This document shows positions 35,852 to 45,903 of a stretch of DNA of 64,000 bases, piece after piece. Source of the DNA: an uncultured bacterium (GTDB taxonomy: Bacteria > Fermentibacterota > Fermentibacteria > Fermentibacterales > JCC-6); contig CAZKJG010000008.1 of assembly GCA_964553045.1 (NCBI GenBank), positions 27,465 to 91,464 on the forward strand, read 5' to 3'. How positions within the stretch are numbered: the stretch's first letter is position 1; each line of letters opens with the position of its first letter. The translations under genes were made by a program, and so were the position numbers. Below the pieces are notes generated by a model. It was given only the letters and a program-made list of their open reading frames with translations, searched no databases and was not told the DNA's origin.

Positions 35852-36817
35852 ATGAAGAGCATTGCCGTTCTCACCAGCGGCGGCGATTCCCCGGGAATGA
35901 ACGCAGCCATAAGGGCCGCGGTGAGGGGCGGACTCCACCGCGGCCTGACTGTATACGGCGTCCACCGCGGCTACGACGGGCTGATAGACGACCGCATCCG
36001 CCCCATGGCGGCCGACGGCGTCAGCAACATCATCCAGCGGGGAGGCACCATCCTCCACGCCGCCCGCAGCCCCCGCTTCCGCGAGGAGGAGGGCCGCTCC
36101 AGGGCGGCGGAGAATCTCCTCTCCCGCGACATCGAGGGCCTGATAGTCATAGGCGGAGACGGCACCTTCCGGGGTGCCGCCGAGCTCTCCCGGGAGCACA
36201 ACGTGCAGGTGGTTGGCGTCCCCGGCACCATCGACAACGACATCTGGGGAACAGACTTCACCATAGGCTACGACACCGCGGTGAACACCGCCCTGGAGGC
36301 CATCGACAAGGTCCGCGACACCGCCGCCGCCCACGACCGCCTCTTCCTGGTGGAGGTGATGGGCCGCGACGCCGGCTTCATAGCCATGGAGGTGGGCATC
36401 GGCTGCGGCGCAGAGGACGTTCTGATTCCCGAGACCCGCACCGACCTGGAGGGCCTGGCGGAGATGCTGCGCACCCGCCGCCAGCAGGGCCGCACCTCCA
36501 GCCTGGTGGTGGTGGCGGAGGGCGACGAGGAGGGAAACGCCTACCAGATCGCCGAGAAGCTGGAGGACCGCTTCGGCATTCGAAGCCACGTCACCGTGCT
36601 GGGCCACGTGCAGCGCGGCGGATCCCCCACCGCCTCCGACCGCGTTCTGGCCTCCAAGCTGGGCTGGGCCGCGGTGGGCGCCCTCGTGGACGGCGCCGCC
36701 CCCTGCATGGTGGGCGAGGAGGACCACGAGATCGTCCGCCACCCCCTGGCGGACTCCTGGACCCGCAAGAAGGAGATCGACCCCATACTCACCGAGCTGG
36801 CCCGCGTCCTCACCTGA
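35852..36817 (+). CDS. pfkA: ATP-dependent 6-phosphofructokinase
   Basis: IAVLTSGGDSPGMNAAIRAAV, GGDGT, TIDNDI, MGR motifs. Confidence 0.93.
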   Translation: MKSIAVLTSGGDSPGMNAAIRAAVRGGLHRGLTVYGVHRGYDGLIDDRIRPMAADGVSNIIQRGGTILHAARSPRFREEEGRSRAAENLLSRDIEGLIVIGGDGTFRGAAELSREHNVQVVGVPGTIDNDIWGTDFTIGYDTAVNTALEAIDKVRDTAAAHDRLFLVEVMGRDAGFIAMEVGIGCGAEDVLIPETRTDLEGLAEMLRTRRQQGRTSSLVVVAEGDEEGNAYQIAEKLEDRFGIRSHVTVLGHVQRGGSPTASDRVLASKLGWAAVGALVDGAAPCMVGEEDHEIVRHPLADSWTRKKEIDPILTELARVLT

Positions 36818-36830
36818 GAGGTCGGACCCG

Positions 36831-37919
36831 CTACCGCAGCAGCACCAGCCTCTCGGTGGCCGTGAAGCCGCCGGCCCTCATCACGAAGGTGTAGACACCG
36901 GCCGGAAGGCCGGTAACCTGAGCCGTGTGCTCACCGGCGGGCACCGTGCCGTCCAGCGGACGGGCGGAGAGCCTGCCGTCGGCCCCGTAGACGCTCAGGC
37001 TGAGGCTGCCCGGCTCGGGAAGGGTGCAGGTGAGCTGCGCCGCACCCGGGCAGGGGTTGGCGCTGTCCACTGACAGGAGGTAACCCGCGGACGTCTCGCC
37101 CTCGGCGATTCCCGAGCCCTGCCAGCCGGCCAGAACCGCCATCATCCACCACAGCGCCTCTCCCTTCTGCCGGCAGCTCTCGGCGGTGGTGTGGCCGTAC
37201 TCGTCTCCGTAGAACTGGGGGTGCTCGGCGGGTATGTTCTGGCCGTTGTACTCGTAGGTGTGCTGCTCCCACTCCCCGGACGCCGGGTCGTACCACCAGC
37301 AGTCCAGGTCGGCGAAGTCGTACAGCACCTTGTCGTTGCTCTGGCAGTAGTCGCGTATCTGCTGGTTGCGCTGCCAGCGGTTGTAACCGTCGGAGCCGGT
37401 CCCCTGGGCGTTGCCGGTGAAGTAGATGAAGGTGACGTCCGGGTACTCCGATTCGAGTACGCTCATGGAGTCCAGGTAGGCCTGCACCTGCTCCTGGCTG
37501 TAGTAGTCGCACTGCGTGCACCAGCACCACATGGAGGTGTCCAGCTCGGGGTTGTCGTCCAGCACGGCCCGGGTCATGTCCATGCCGCTTCCGGTCTCCC
37601 AGTACATGTCCGGGGTTATGTAGGTGGCCCCCTCCTGGCCGTTGAAGATGCACCAGGCCCCGGCCACCGAGGGCAGGTAGCAGTCGCCTATCTCGTAGTC
37701 GTAGAAGGGATCGTCGTCCTCGATGAACGACAGCCCCCAGGTGAGCTGAGACCCGTGGGACGTGTGGGCGTAGTGGGACTGTATGCCTTCCTGCACGGTC
37801 TCTATCCACTCTTCGGGGACCTGGTCGAGGTCGGCGCAGTTGTGGTCGACGGTGAATCCGGCCGCGGCTGCGGCCAGCGCCAGAATCGGCATGGAAACGG
37901 ACATGATCGTACCATTCAT
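36831..37919 (-). CDS. Secreted Cys/Trp-rich protein with a C-terminal T9SS-type (FlgD-Ig-like) sorting domain
   Basis: Signal peptide MSVSMPILALAAAAAGF. Last ~70 aa GSLSLSVYGADGRLSARPLDGTVPAGEHTAQVTGLPAGVYTFVMRAGGFTATERLVLLR fit the beta-sandwich CTD pattern. N-terminal domain unassigned (HTSHGSQ motif). Confidence 0.6.
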   Translation of the reverse strand: MNGTIMSVSMPILALAAAAAGFTVDHNCADLDQVPEEWIETVQEGIQSHYAHTSHGSQLTWGLSFIEDDDPFYDYEIGDCYLPSVAGAWCIFNGQEGATYITPDMYWETGSGMDMTRAVLDDNPELDTSMWCWCTQCDYYSQEQVQAYLDSMSVLESEYPDVTFIYFTGNAQGTGSDGYNRWQRNQQIRDYCQSNDKVLYDFADLDCWWYDPASGEWEQHTYEYNGQNIPAEHPQFYGDEYGHTTAESCRQKGEALWWMMAVLAGWQGSGIAEGETSAGYLLSVDSANPCPGAAQLTCTLPEPGSLSLSVYGADGRLSARPLDGTVPAGEHTAQVTGLPAGVYTFVMRAGGFTATERLVLLR

Positions 37920-38136
37920 CTTCAAGGCGGGCTCCTCTCGCTGTTAAATGGCGGCTTGAGCGGTCTTACCACAAGACCCTACCGACCGGCCGGGCCCCGG
38001 GCAAGGTGGCATGCATCGGCTGCGCCCGGCGGTAGGGGCTGCGGGCCAGGGGGAGCGTCACGTAGGCGAACACGTCCGACTGGCTCAGCGTCTCGGGAAG
38101 CATCTGCCTCCTCGCCGGATCGGGTTCGCAATCCGC

Positions 38137-39111
38137 CTACTGCTGGGAGGAGTAACGCATAAACTGAACCCGTTCCCAACCGGCGGTCTGCTTGCCGGTG
38201 CCCCGGGCCAGCCTGCCCCGAAAGGCGGAGATGCGGTCGAGGCTCCTGTCCTCCATCCAGGACTCCAGTCCATCCAGGAGGTTGCCCAGCTCGGGGATGC
38301 CCTTCTCGTAGAGTACGGTGCACAGCTGCACCGCCCTGGCCCCGGCCAGGAGATGCTTGGCCACCGCGGCGTGGTCGTGCACGCCGGTGGAGGCGCACAG
38401 GTCCGCCTCTATGTCCCCGGACAGGATGGATATCCAGCGCAGGGGGACCAGGGTCTCGTCGGGATGGCTCTGGTAGGGACCGGGTACGGCCTTCATGGCG
38501 TCTACGTCGATATCCATGCGGTAGAAACGGTTGAATAGCACCAGCCCGTCCGCGCCGGCACGGGCCAGCGCCATCAGGGTCCGGGCCATGGAGGAGAAGA
38601 AGGAGCCGATCTTGAGGCTGACGGGTATGGACACCTCGCTGCGGACCCGGCGCAGGAGGTCGATGTAGACCCGCTCGTACTCCTCGGCCGTGCGCTTGGG
38701 GTTGGTGGGGAGGACGAACATGTTCAGCTCCAGGGCGTGGGCTCCGGCCTCCTGGGCTCTGGCGGCGAACTCCGTCCAGGTGCCCGGCGAGGCGCAGTGG
38801 AGGCTGGCGATGACGGGTATCTCCACCCTCTCCCGGCAGTCGCGGATCAGCTGCAGGTATTCCTCCACCTCCCGTGCGCGGCCGTAGCTCTGTATGTAGT
38901 CGGCGGCCTCTGTGTACCAGGCGTTCTCGGCGGCCATGGAGTCGGTCTCCATCTCGATCTGCTCCTCGAAGATGGACTTCAGCACCACGGCGCCGGCGCC
39001 GGCGGCCTCGCACTCGGCTACCTTATCCGCCGTGGCGGTGAGCCCGCTGCTGCCCACGATGAGGGGATTGCGGAGCCTCAGGCCCATGTACTTGGTGGCA
39101 AGGTCGGCCAT
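38137..39111 (-). CDS. Dihydroorotate dehydrogenase-like (PyrD/DHPD family) flavoprotein
   Basis: MADLATKYMGLRLRNPLIVGSSGLT...AVVLKSIFEEQ; TIM-barrel DHOD-like N-terminus and C-terminal motifs. Confidence 0.6.
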   Translation of the reverse strand: MADLATKYMGLRLRNPLIVGSSGLTATADKVAECEAAGAGAVVLKSIFEEQIEMETDSMAAENAWYTEAADYIQSYGRAREVEEYLQLIRDCRERVEIPVIASLHCASPGTWTEFAARAQEAGAHALELNMFVLPTNPKRTAEEYERVYIDLLRRVRSEVSIPVSLKIGSFFSSMARTLMALARAGADGLVLFNRFYRMDIDVDAMKAVPGPYQSHPDETLVPLRWISILSGDIEADLCASTGVHDHAAVAKHLLAGARAVQLCTVLYEKGIPELGNLLDGLESWMEDRSLDRISAFRGRLARGTGKQTAGWERVQFMRYSSQQ

Positions 39112-39287
39112 CTCGATTCCTCCGATCGGTGTGTCTGAGCCGGTTTCGCAAGCCCTTCCGCGGGGAATATAGCCATCCCGCGGACGGGTGGTCAGGGATC
39201 GGTCGCTCGGCTTTTGGAACAGAGCCCTGCTTTGGTATGTATATACCCTGTAAGGGAGGCCGCAAAACCACGAAGGGTGTGCATCCT

Positions 39288-39662
39288 ATGGAGAGAGTGC
39301 AGAGCGCACGGGCGCCGGCTCCGGTGGGGGCCTACAGCCAGGCGGTTCGCCACGGGGGGCTGGTTTTCGTGTCCGGCCAGCTGGGCATGGAGGGCAATGG
39401 CCAGCTGGCGGAGGGCCCGGAGGCCCAGGCGGAGCTGGCCCTGGACAACCTGGAGGCGGTGCTGGAGGCCGCCGGCCTGGACATGGAAAGCGTGCTCAAG
39501 GTCACGGTCTACCTGGCGGACATGGGGGACTTCGGGAAGGTCAACGAGGTCTATGCCGAACGGTTCGGCCAGCCGTATCCGGCCCGGGCGGCGGTGGAGG
39601 TGTCCGCTCTGCCCAAGGGGGCCCTGGTGGAGATAGAGGCAGTGGCAGCGGAGGACGGCTGA
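39288..39662 (+). CDS. ridA: RidA/YjgF family reactive-intermediate deaminase
   Basis: MERVQSARAPAPVGAYSQAVRHGGLVFVSGQLG...AARAAVEVSALPKGALVEIEAVA. Confidence 0.88.
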   Translation: MERVQSARAPAPVGAYSQAVRHGGLVFVSGQLGMEGNGQLAEGPEAQAELALDNLEAVLEAAGLDMESVLKVTVYLADMGDFGKVNEVYAERFGQPYPARAAVEVSALPKGALVEIEAVAAEDG

Positions 39663-39663
39663 G

Positions 39664-40332
39664 GTGGTCGGCAAGGTAATAGGTGTAGTGGGCCAGGCCG
39701 ACCTGGTCACCCAGCTGATACTGCTGGCCATTCTGCTGCTGTCGGTGGGCTCGTGGGCGGTGGCCGTGACGAAGCTTCGGGAGTTCGGCAAGGTGCTGCG
39801 GTCCTCGAAGATGTTCATGGACTCCCTGCGGACCACGGGAAAGCCCCCCGGGGCGGACTTCTGGAGCCGCAGCTCCGAGATCGGGCCCCTGGCGCGGATG
39901 TACGCCGAGGCCGGGCGGTTCCTGCAGCGGAGGAGCGACCGGGGGGTCACCGGGTCCCTCTCCTCCGAGGAGGTCTCCATGCTGCGGGGGGTCCTGGAGC
40001 GGGAGGCCAGCGAGGATCTGGCCCGGCGCGAGCGCAACATCGGCTTCCTGGGCACGGTGACCAGCGTCTCGCCCCTGCTGGGGCTGCTGGGCACAGTGTG
40101 GGGAGTTCTGACGAGCTTCATAGGAATGCAGGAGACCGGAGTCGCGGACCTGAGCGCGGTGGGGGCCGGAGTGGCAGCCGCCCTGACCACCACGGTGGCC
40201 GGCCTGCTGGCGGCCATTCCCGCCAACGTCTTCCACAACTTCGTGGTGGGCCGCATAGACAGCCTGGCCGGGGACATAGACAGGTTCCTCTCCGAGCTGG
40301 TGGACGTCTGCCGAAGGGGGTCGCTGCAGTGA
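39664..40332 (+). CDS. tolQ: MotA/TolQ/ExbB proton-channel protein
   Basis: GTG start one nt after the ridA stop. Three TM helices; ...GLLGTVWGVLTSFIGM... Confidence 0.85.
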   Translation: MVGKVIGVVGQADLVTQLILLAILLLSVGSWAVAVTKLREFGKVLRSSKMFMDSLRTTGKPPGADFWSRSSEIGPLARMYAEAGRFLQRRSDRGVTGSLSSEEVSMLRGVLEREASEDLARRERNIGFLGTVTSVSPLLGLLGTVWGVLTSFIGMQETGVADLSAVGAGVAAALTTTVAGLLAAIPANVFHNFVVGRIDSLAGDIDRFLSELVDVCRRGSLQ

Positions 40333-40345
40333 TGGGGGAGCGGCG

Positions 40346-40768
40346 GTGATAAGGTCCCGCTACCGCAGGTTCAGCTCCATCAACGTCACCAACCTGGTGG
40401 ACGTGACGCTGGTCCTTCTGGTGATCTTCATGCTCAGCGCGCCGGTGATGCAGCGCAGCGCCGACGTAAACCCCCCGTCCAGCGACCAGGGCAGGATAGT
40501 CTCTGCCCTGGAGCCGGGGGAGACGCTGGTGGTGGAGGTGGACGCCGCCGGCATTATCACGGTGGGCGGCAATCGGGTGGCCATGGACGACCTGTCCGGC
40601 CTGGCCGGGGCAGCCAGGGCGTCCGGCCGGGACGAGGCCTACGTCCGGGCCGACCGGGACGTCCGCTACGAGGTGGTTGCCGGCACCCTCACCGAGCTGA
40701 GGCGGGGCGGCTATCCCCAGGTGGGCCTGCTGCAGGAGTCCAGGGAGGAGGCCGGCGGTGCGGATTAG
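40346..40768 (+). CDS. tolR: ExbD/TolR biopolymer transport protein
   Basis: GTG start; INVTNLVDVTLVLLVIFMLSAPVM... Confidence 0.85.
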   Translation: MIRSRYRRFSSINVTNLVDVTLVLLVIFMLSAPVMQRSADVNPPSSDQGRIVSALEPGETLVVEVDAAGIITVGGNRVAMDDLSGLAGAARASGRDEAYVRADRDVRYEVVAGTLTELRRGGYPQVGLLQESREEAGGAD

Positions 40769-41453
40769 GATTCTCAACCTCCGCTCCCTGGCCCTGTCGA
40801 CGGCGGTGCACGCGGCGGTGATCGCGGCGGCGGCGCTCCTCTCCGGCAGCGCGGCGCAACGGCCGGTACCCGGCGGCGGCGACGCCATCACGGTGGAGAT
40901 GGTGACCCTGCAGAACCCGGCGGAGCAGAGCGAGCCGCAGGAGGATGTCCCCGAGGAGGTTCCCGAGCAAGTGCCCGAGGAGGTCCCCGAGCAAGTGCCC
41001 GAGGAGGTCCCCGAGCAAGTGCCCGAGGAGGTCCCCGAGCAAGTGCCCGAGGAGCAGCCGGAGCAAGTGCCCGAAGAGGCCCCCGAGCAGCAGCCCGAGG
41101 AAGTGCCGGAGGAGCAGCCCGAGCAACAGCCGCAGCAGGAGTACAGCGGTGTTGGGGCCTCCGGGGAGGCCACGGGGCAGGTCCCGGGGCCGGCCACCTA
41201 CGAGTCCCGGGTGTTCGGGGCCATCCGCCGGAACTTCCGGACCTCCATACGGCCGCAGCAGTCCTACAGGATAGTGTTCACGGTGAACCCGGACGGTACC
41301 ACCCGGTGGGAGGCGGTGAGGACCAGCGGGACGCCGGCCTTCGACAGGGCGGTGGAGCACGCGCTGGCCATGGCCAACGTTCCCCCTCCCCCCCCGGGCA
41401 GGACCGAACCCACAGAGGTGAGGATAGAGTTCCTTGGTCCCGAAAGCGACTAG
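40758..41453 (+). CDS. tolA: TolA/TonB-like protein with an (EVPEQVP)n repeat linker
   Basis: N-terminal TM helix, EVPEQVPEEVPEQVP repeats, C-terminal TonB/TolA-type domain (...VFTVNPDGTTRWEAVRTSGTPAFDRAVEHAL). Confidence 0.75.
   Translation: MRIRILNLRSLALSTAVHAAVIAAAALLSGSAAQRPVPGGGDAITVEMVTLQNPAEQSEPQEDVPEEVPEQVPEEVPEQVPEEVPEQVPEEVPEQVPEEQPEQVPEEAPEQQPEEVPEEQPEQQPQQEYSGVGASGEATGQVPGPATYESRVFGAIRRNFRTSIRPQQSYRIVFTVNPDGTTRWEAVRTSGTPAFDRAVEHALAMANVPPPPPGRTEPTEVRIEFLGPESD
40945..41140 (+). repeat. 24-bp tandem DNA repeat (GAGGAGGTCCCCGAGCAAGTGCCC)n inside tolA
   Basis: Six or more near-identical units encode the EEVPEQVP repeats. Confidence 0.85.
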
Positions 41454-42669
41454 ACTGATTCTGTGCGCCGCCCTCCTGGCGGCGGGGGGCGCGGCGGAGG
41501 ACTTCCTGCCCATGACCCCCATGGAGACCGACAGGGTGCCGGTCCGACTCACTGTGGAGGGCCGGGGCGAGACCGCCCGCCGGGCCCGGGAGCAGCTGGA
41601 GATGGACGTCTTCCTCTCCGGCCTTCTGCGGAAGGCCGGAGAGGAAGAGGAGTACGCCTCCGCGGAGGTGATGGTGTCCCGCATGGCGGGCGCGGTGAGC
41701 CTGGACGCGGAGGTGCGGGCCGGCGGCGAGCTGCTGCTGGACCGCCGCTACAGCGGAAGCTCCGTCTACCCCCTGGTGCACGCCCTCACCGACGACATGG
41801 TCTACGTGCTCACCGGCGAGAGGGGCATAGCCTCCACCAGGATCGCCTACGTCTGCAGGTCCGGAGTGAGCTACTCGCTGGCGGTGAAGAGCCTGGACCC
41901 CAGGGAGGGCCAGCGGGTGCTCTCCGACAGCGACGTGATCACCACCCCGGCCTGGGGGCCGGACGGGACCAGGATCGCCCTCACCTCCTACCGCTCCGAG
42001 AGCGCCGACCTCTACCTCTACGACCTGGCGGCTGGGAGGGCCATACAGCTTATGGCCGGCGGCGGCCTCTACACCTCGCCGGCCTGGAGCCCCGACGGCT
42101 CGGCCATAGCCTTCACCCGGTCCCGGGAGTCCAACTCCGACATCTACCTGCTGGAGATGGATGGGGGGGAGGCCCGCAGGCTGACGGCCAGACCCTCCAT
42201 AGAGACGGCGGCGGACTTCTCGCCCAACGGCCAGCAGATGATCTTCACCTCCGACCGGCTGGGATTTCCCCAGCTCTACACCATGGACAGCGCCGGAGGG
42301 GGCGCGGTGCGCCTCACCGGCGTGCACCGCTACATGGACAGCCCGGCCTGGTCCCCCTCCGGGGACCGGATCGCCTACACCGCCCGCGTGGGCGGGGACT
42401 TTCACATATTCGTAATGGACGCGGACGGCACCAACGTCCGCCAGGTGACATTCGAGGGATCCCTCAACGAGAACCCGGTCTGGTCGCCCACCGGACGCCA
42501 TCTGGCGTTCAGCAGCGACCGCGGCGGCGAACGGGCGGTATACGTCCTGGAGCTGTCCGGGCTTACGGTGATCAGGCTCAGCGGGGCGGGGGAATGCTAC
42601 CTGCCCACCTGGTCGCCGCTTCCTCCCCTGGGGGACGAGAGGCACGCTGAAAGGACGGTGCGCCGATGA
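41434..42669 (+). CDS. tolB: Tol-Pal system beta-propeller protein TolB
   Basis: TTG start with signal peptide; repeated AWSPDG / SPAWSP propeller blades. Confidence 0.9.
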   Translation: MVPKATRLILCAALLAAGGAAEDFLPMTPMETDRVPVRLTVEGRGETARRAREQLEMDVFLSGLLRKAGEEEEYASAEVMVSRMAGAVSLDAEVRAGGELLLDRRYSGSSVYPLVHALTDDMVYVLTGERGIASTRIAYVCRSGVSYSLAVKSLDPREGQRVLSDSDVITTPAWGPDGTRIALTSYRSESADLYLYDLAAGRAIQLMAGGGLYTSPAWSPDGSAIAFTRSRESNSDIYLLEMDGGEARRLTARPSIETAADFSPNGQQMIFTSDRLGFPQLYTMDSAGGGAVRLTGVHRYMDSPAWSPSGDRIAYTARVGGDFHIFVMDADGTNVRQVTFEGSLNENPVWSPTGRHLAFSSDRGGERAVYVLELSGLTVIRLSGAGECYLPTWSPLPPLGDERHAERTVRR

Positions 42670-43211
42670 GAAGGGTTGCTCTTTCCATCGCGGCGGCTCT
42701 GGCGCTGGTTCTGATCACCGCCACCACGGGCTGCCGCCCGGACGATACCAGGCCGGACACAGACACCACCACCGTGTTCGACACGGACACACTGGTGAGC
42801 GACACGCTGGACACCGGGGTCTGGGACACGGACACGGTTATGACGTCCACCGACACGCTGCAGATGCACCAGGACATGCTCCGCGACGTCTTCTACGAGT
42901 TCGACAGCAGCGAGCTGTCCGCGGCGGCCATGGACAGCCTGATGCACGACGCCTCCTACATCATGGCCAACCGGGGCTTCCGGGTTCTGCTGGAGGGCCA
43001 CTGCGACGAGCGGGGGACCATCGAGTACAACCTGGCCCTGGGCGAGAGGCGGGCGCAGGCGGCCTACGACTACCTCGTGGAGTACGGGGTGTCCCCCTCG
43101 CGGCTGCAGACCGTGAGCTACGGCAAGGAGAGGCCGTTCGTAGAGGGTCATGACGAGGCGGCCTGGGCGAAGAACCGCCGGGTCCACCTCAGAGTCCTTC
43201 CGGGCATCTAG
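42666..43211 (+). CDS. pal: Peptidoglycan-associated lipoprotein (OmpA-family)
   Basis: Lipobox ITATTGC; OmpA-like domain FEFDSSEL...[30 protein letters not shown]. Confidence 0.9.
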   Translation: MRRVALSIAAALALVLITATTGCRPDDTRPDTDTTTVFDTDTLVSDTLDTGVWDTDTVMTSTDTLQMHQDMLRDVFYEFDSSELSAAAMDSLMHDASYIMANRGFRVLLEGHCDERGTIEYNLALGERRAQAAYDYLVEYGVSPSRLQTVSYGKERPFVEGHDEAAWAKNRRVHLRVLPGI

Positions 43212-43212
43212 C

Positions 43213-43890
43213 GTGGCCAGGGCCGCGGCACTGGCGGGACTGGCCCTGACCCTGGCCCTCACCGGCTGCTGGGGCAGCAGGTGGGCGGCCGCCCCGGGCA
43301 GAATCGAGGAGATGGAGACAAGGCAGAAGCAGATGCAGGCCCGGCTGGACTCCCTGCAGGGGGAGATAGAGGAGAACGAGGGCCTGCTGCGCGGCCTGCA
43401 GGCCAGCACGGGCACCAGGACCGAGGGGCTGGTGGAGACCCTGTCCAACCTCACCGCCGAGATGGAGGACCTGTTGGGCCGCATGCAGTCCTCCTCGTTC
43501 CGCGCCGCCGGAGACAGCGGGTCCGCCGCTGCCGGGGTGATCTTCAACGAGGCCTTCCTGCAGTATCAGCAGGGCAGCTACGGAACCGCCGCCGAGGGCT
43601 TCGCCGAGGTGGTGGCCCGCTTCCCCGAGAGCGCCCGTGCCGGTGACGCCCTCTACTACATGGGCCTCTGCCACGAGGCCACCGGAGAGCACCACCGGGC
43701 CATAGAGGAGCTGATGGCCCTCTACATCACCAGGCCCTACTCACCCCGGGCCCCCGCCGCCCTGTCACGGGCGGCCACCATCTACGCCGAGCACGGGGCC
43801 GACGGCGACGCCGACCGGGTGAGAAGCATCCTGACAGACCACTATCCGGACAGCGAGGAGGCGGTGCTCCTGCAGGACGGGGGGCTTTGA
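43213..43890 (+). CDS. cpoB: Tol-Pal system protein CpoB/YbgF (coiled-coil plus TPR lipoprotein)
   Basis: GTG start; signal LALTLALTGC; coiled-coil QARLDSLQGEIEENE; C-terminal TPR (YQQGSYGTAAEGFAEVV). Confidence 0.8.
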   Translation: MARAAALAGLALTLALTGCWGSRWAAAPGRIEEMETRQKQMQARLDSLQGEIEENEGLLRGLQASTGTRTEGLVETLSNLTAEMEDLLGRMQSSSFRAAGDSGSAAAGVIFNEAFLQYQQGSYGTAAEGFAEVVARFPESARAGDALYYMGLCHEATGEHHRAIEELMALYITRPYSPRAPAALSRAATIYAEHGADGDADRVRSILTDHYPDSEEAVLLQDGGL

Positions 43891-44007
43891 CCCAAGAGCC
43901 CATATATACGATATTTCACCGCTTGTAGAGGGCATTTGCGCGACGAAGCCGCGGCCGGCCCCGCTCCGGTGGGGCCCGCGTTTGCTTACTCGAATAAGAG
44001 AGAGGCT

Positions 44008-45282
44008 ATGGCATACGAGATCATCAAGGAGGAGCAGGGCAGTCGCACCGTGCGGTTCGATAGCCCGGCGTCGGAGGTGGACCGGGCGTTCAAGAGGGTC
44101 CGCAGGGAGATAGCCAAGGACCTGGACATGCCGGGATTCAGACCCGGCAAGGTGCCCGAGTCCATAATAGACAAGCGGTTCGGAAACGTGATAACCTCCG
44201 AGGTGGCCGAGCGCATCAGCGCCGACCTGACCGAGATTGTGCTCCGCGAGGAGGACTGGATCCTGGGCGACGGCCAGCCCAGCGCCGACGGCTCCCTTCC
44301 CGCCGAGGGCGAGGACTATACCTTCACCGTCACCTACGAGGTCTTCGAGACCCCCGAGCCCACCGGATATCGGGACCTTGAGCTGGTGGAGCCGGCGTTC
44401 GACATCGCCCGCGAGGTGGAGAAGAGCCTCGAATCGCTCCGCCAGCGCATGGTGGGCTACGAGCCGGTTGAGCGGAAGGCCCGCCCCGATGACCTGGTGG
44501 TCCTGCGCGCAGACGACCACGAGCCCACCGAGGACGGGGACGGCGACATCAGCATAAGGCTGGGCATGAACCAGGCCGGACCGGGCTTCGACGAGATGGT
44601 CGAGGGAATGTCCGCCGGCGACAGGGTAACCGCCCGAATGGTTCCCACGGATCCCGAGGCCGACTGGCAGGGCGACGCCCACTCCTTCGAGGTGATAGCG
44701 GTGCGGGAACCGGTGCTTCCCGAGCTGGACGACGAGCTGGCCGAGAAGCTGGGGGCGGAGGACCTGGAGGACCTGACCGGCCGCATCCGGTCGGACCTGG
44801 AGGAGCGAATCGAGGAGGACCGCCGCCGCTTCCTGGAGCAGCAGGCCGTGAGCGCGGCGCTGGAGGCCAACGAGTTCGAGCCGCCTCGCTACATGGTGGA
44901 GAACCTCACCCGGGACTTCCTGGGGAGGCTGCAGGAGGCCGAGCCCGACGAGAAGACGGTGGAGAGCGCCCGCAAGGTGGCCTCCGACAAGGTGCGGGAG
45001 TTCCTGCTGCTCCGCGCGGTGGCCGAGGCCGAGGGCATAGAGGTCACCGAGGAGGAGCTGTCCGAAGAGACCAGCGAGGAGGAGGAAGCCTCCTCGGTCC
45101 GTGACAGGCTCCGCAATCGCAAGGCTCTGGAACTGATTATCGAAAATGCGACTATAAAGACTAGGGAGCCGGAGGAGCAGCCTGCCGGGGAGGAGCCGGA
45201 GGAAGGTGTACCCGAAGGCGGGCAGCCCTGGGCCTGGAAGGCAGTGGAGCCCGGGGAGGCGGACGAAGGAGAGGGTGAGTAG
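44008..45282 (+). CDS. tig: Trigger factor, with an acidic C-terminal tail
   Basis: MAYEIIKEEQGSRTVRFDSPASEVDRAFKRV...GFRPGKVPESIIDKRFG. Confidence 0.92.
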   Translation: MAYEIIKEEQGSRTVRFDSPASEVDRAFKRVRREIAKDLDMPGFRPGKVPESIIDKRFGNVITSEVAERISADLTEIVLREEDWILGDGQPSADGSLPAEGEDYTFTVTYEVFETPEPTGYRDLELVEPAFDIAREVEKSLESLRQRMVGYEPVERKARPDDLVVLRADDHEPTEDGDGDISIRLGMNQAGPGFDEMVEGMSAGDRVTARMVPTDPEADWQGDAHSFEVIAVREPVLPELDDELAEKLGAEDLEDLTGRIRSDLEERIEEDRRRFLEQQAVSAALEANEFEPPRYMVENLTRDFLGRLQEAEPDEKTVESARKVASDKVREFLLLRAVAEAEGIEVTEEELSEETSEEEEASSVRDRLRNRKALELIIENATIKTREPEEQPAGEEPEEGVPEGGQPWAWKAVEPGEADEGEGE

Positions 45283-45285
45283 ACG

Positions 45286-45903
45286 ATGCCAGTGATTCCT
45301 TTCGTGGTGGAGAGAAGCGGCAACACCGAGCGCTCCTACGACATCTACTCCCGCCTGCTGAAGGAGAGGATCGTCTTCGTGGGCGACGTGCTCACCAACC
45401 AGACCGCGGGCCTTATCGTGGCCCAGCTGCTCTTCCTGGAGGGCGAGGACCCCGAGCGGGACGTGAGCATGTACATAAGCAGCCCCGGCGGGTCGGTGTC
45501 CGCGGGACTTGCCGTATACGACACGATGCGCTTCATACGACCCAGCGTGGCAACCTACTGCATGGGCTCGGCGGCCAGCATGGCGGCCGTGCTCCTGGCC
45601 GGCGGGGCCCAGGGCAAGCGGAACTGTCTGCCCCACGCCAGGGTTATGCTCCATCAGCCCATGGGCGGAGTGCAGGGCCAGGCCAGCGACATCGAGATCG
45701 AGGCCCGGGAGATAATCAAGCTTCGAAGCGAGCTCAACCACATCCTCTCCAGGCACACGGGACAGCCCATGGAGAGGCTGGAGGTGGACACCGACCGGAA
45801 CTTCTGGATGACCGCCGAGGAGGCCTGCGACTACGGCGTGGTGGACAACATCCTCACCAGCAGGCACGGCGGCGAGAAAGACGAAGGCGGGGTGGAGCCC
45901 TAG
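45286..45903 (+). CDS. clpP: ATP-dependent Clp protease proteolytic subunit
   Basis: ...[14 protein letters not shown] (catalytic Ser), MLHQPMGG. Confidence 0.96.
   Translation: MPVIPFVVERSGNTERSYDIYSRLLKERIVFVGDVLTNQTAGLIVAQLLFLEGEDPERDVSMYISSPGGSVSAGLAVYDTMRFIRPSVATYCMGSAASMAAVLLAGGAQGKRNCLPHARVMLHQPMGGVQGQASDIEIEAREIIKLRSELNHILSRHTGQPMERLEVDTDRNFWMTAEEACDYGVVDNILTSRHGGEKDEGGVEP

Noticed and set aside
36931-38162. ORFs 36931-37809(-) and 37191-38162(+) overlapping the secreted T9SS-CTD protein gene
   Set aside because: They are alternate frames of the same GC-rich region. Only frame 36831-37919(-) has a signal peptide plus the CTD signature.
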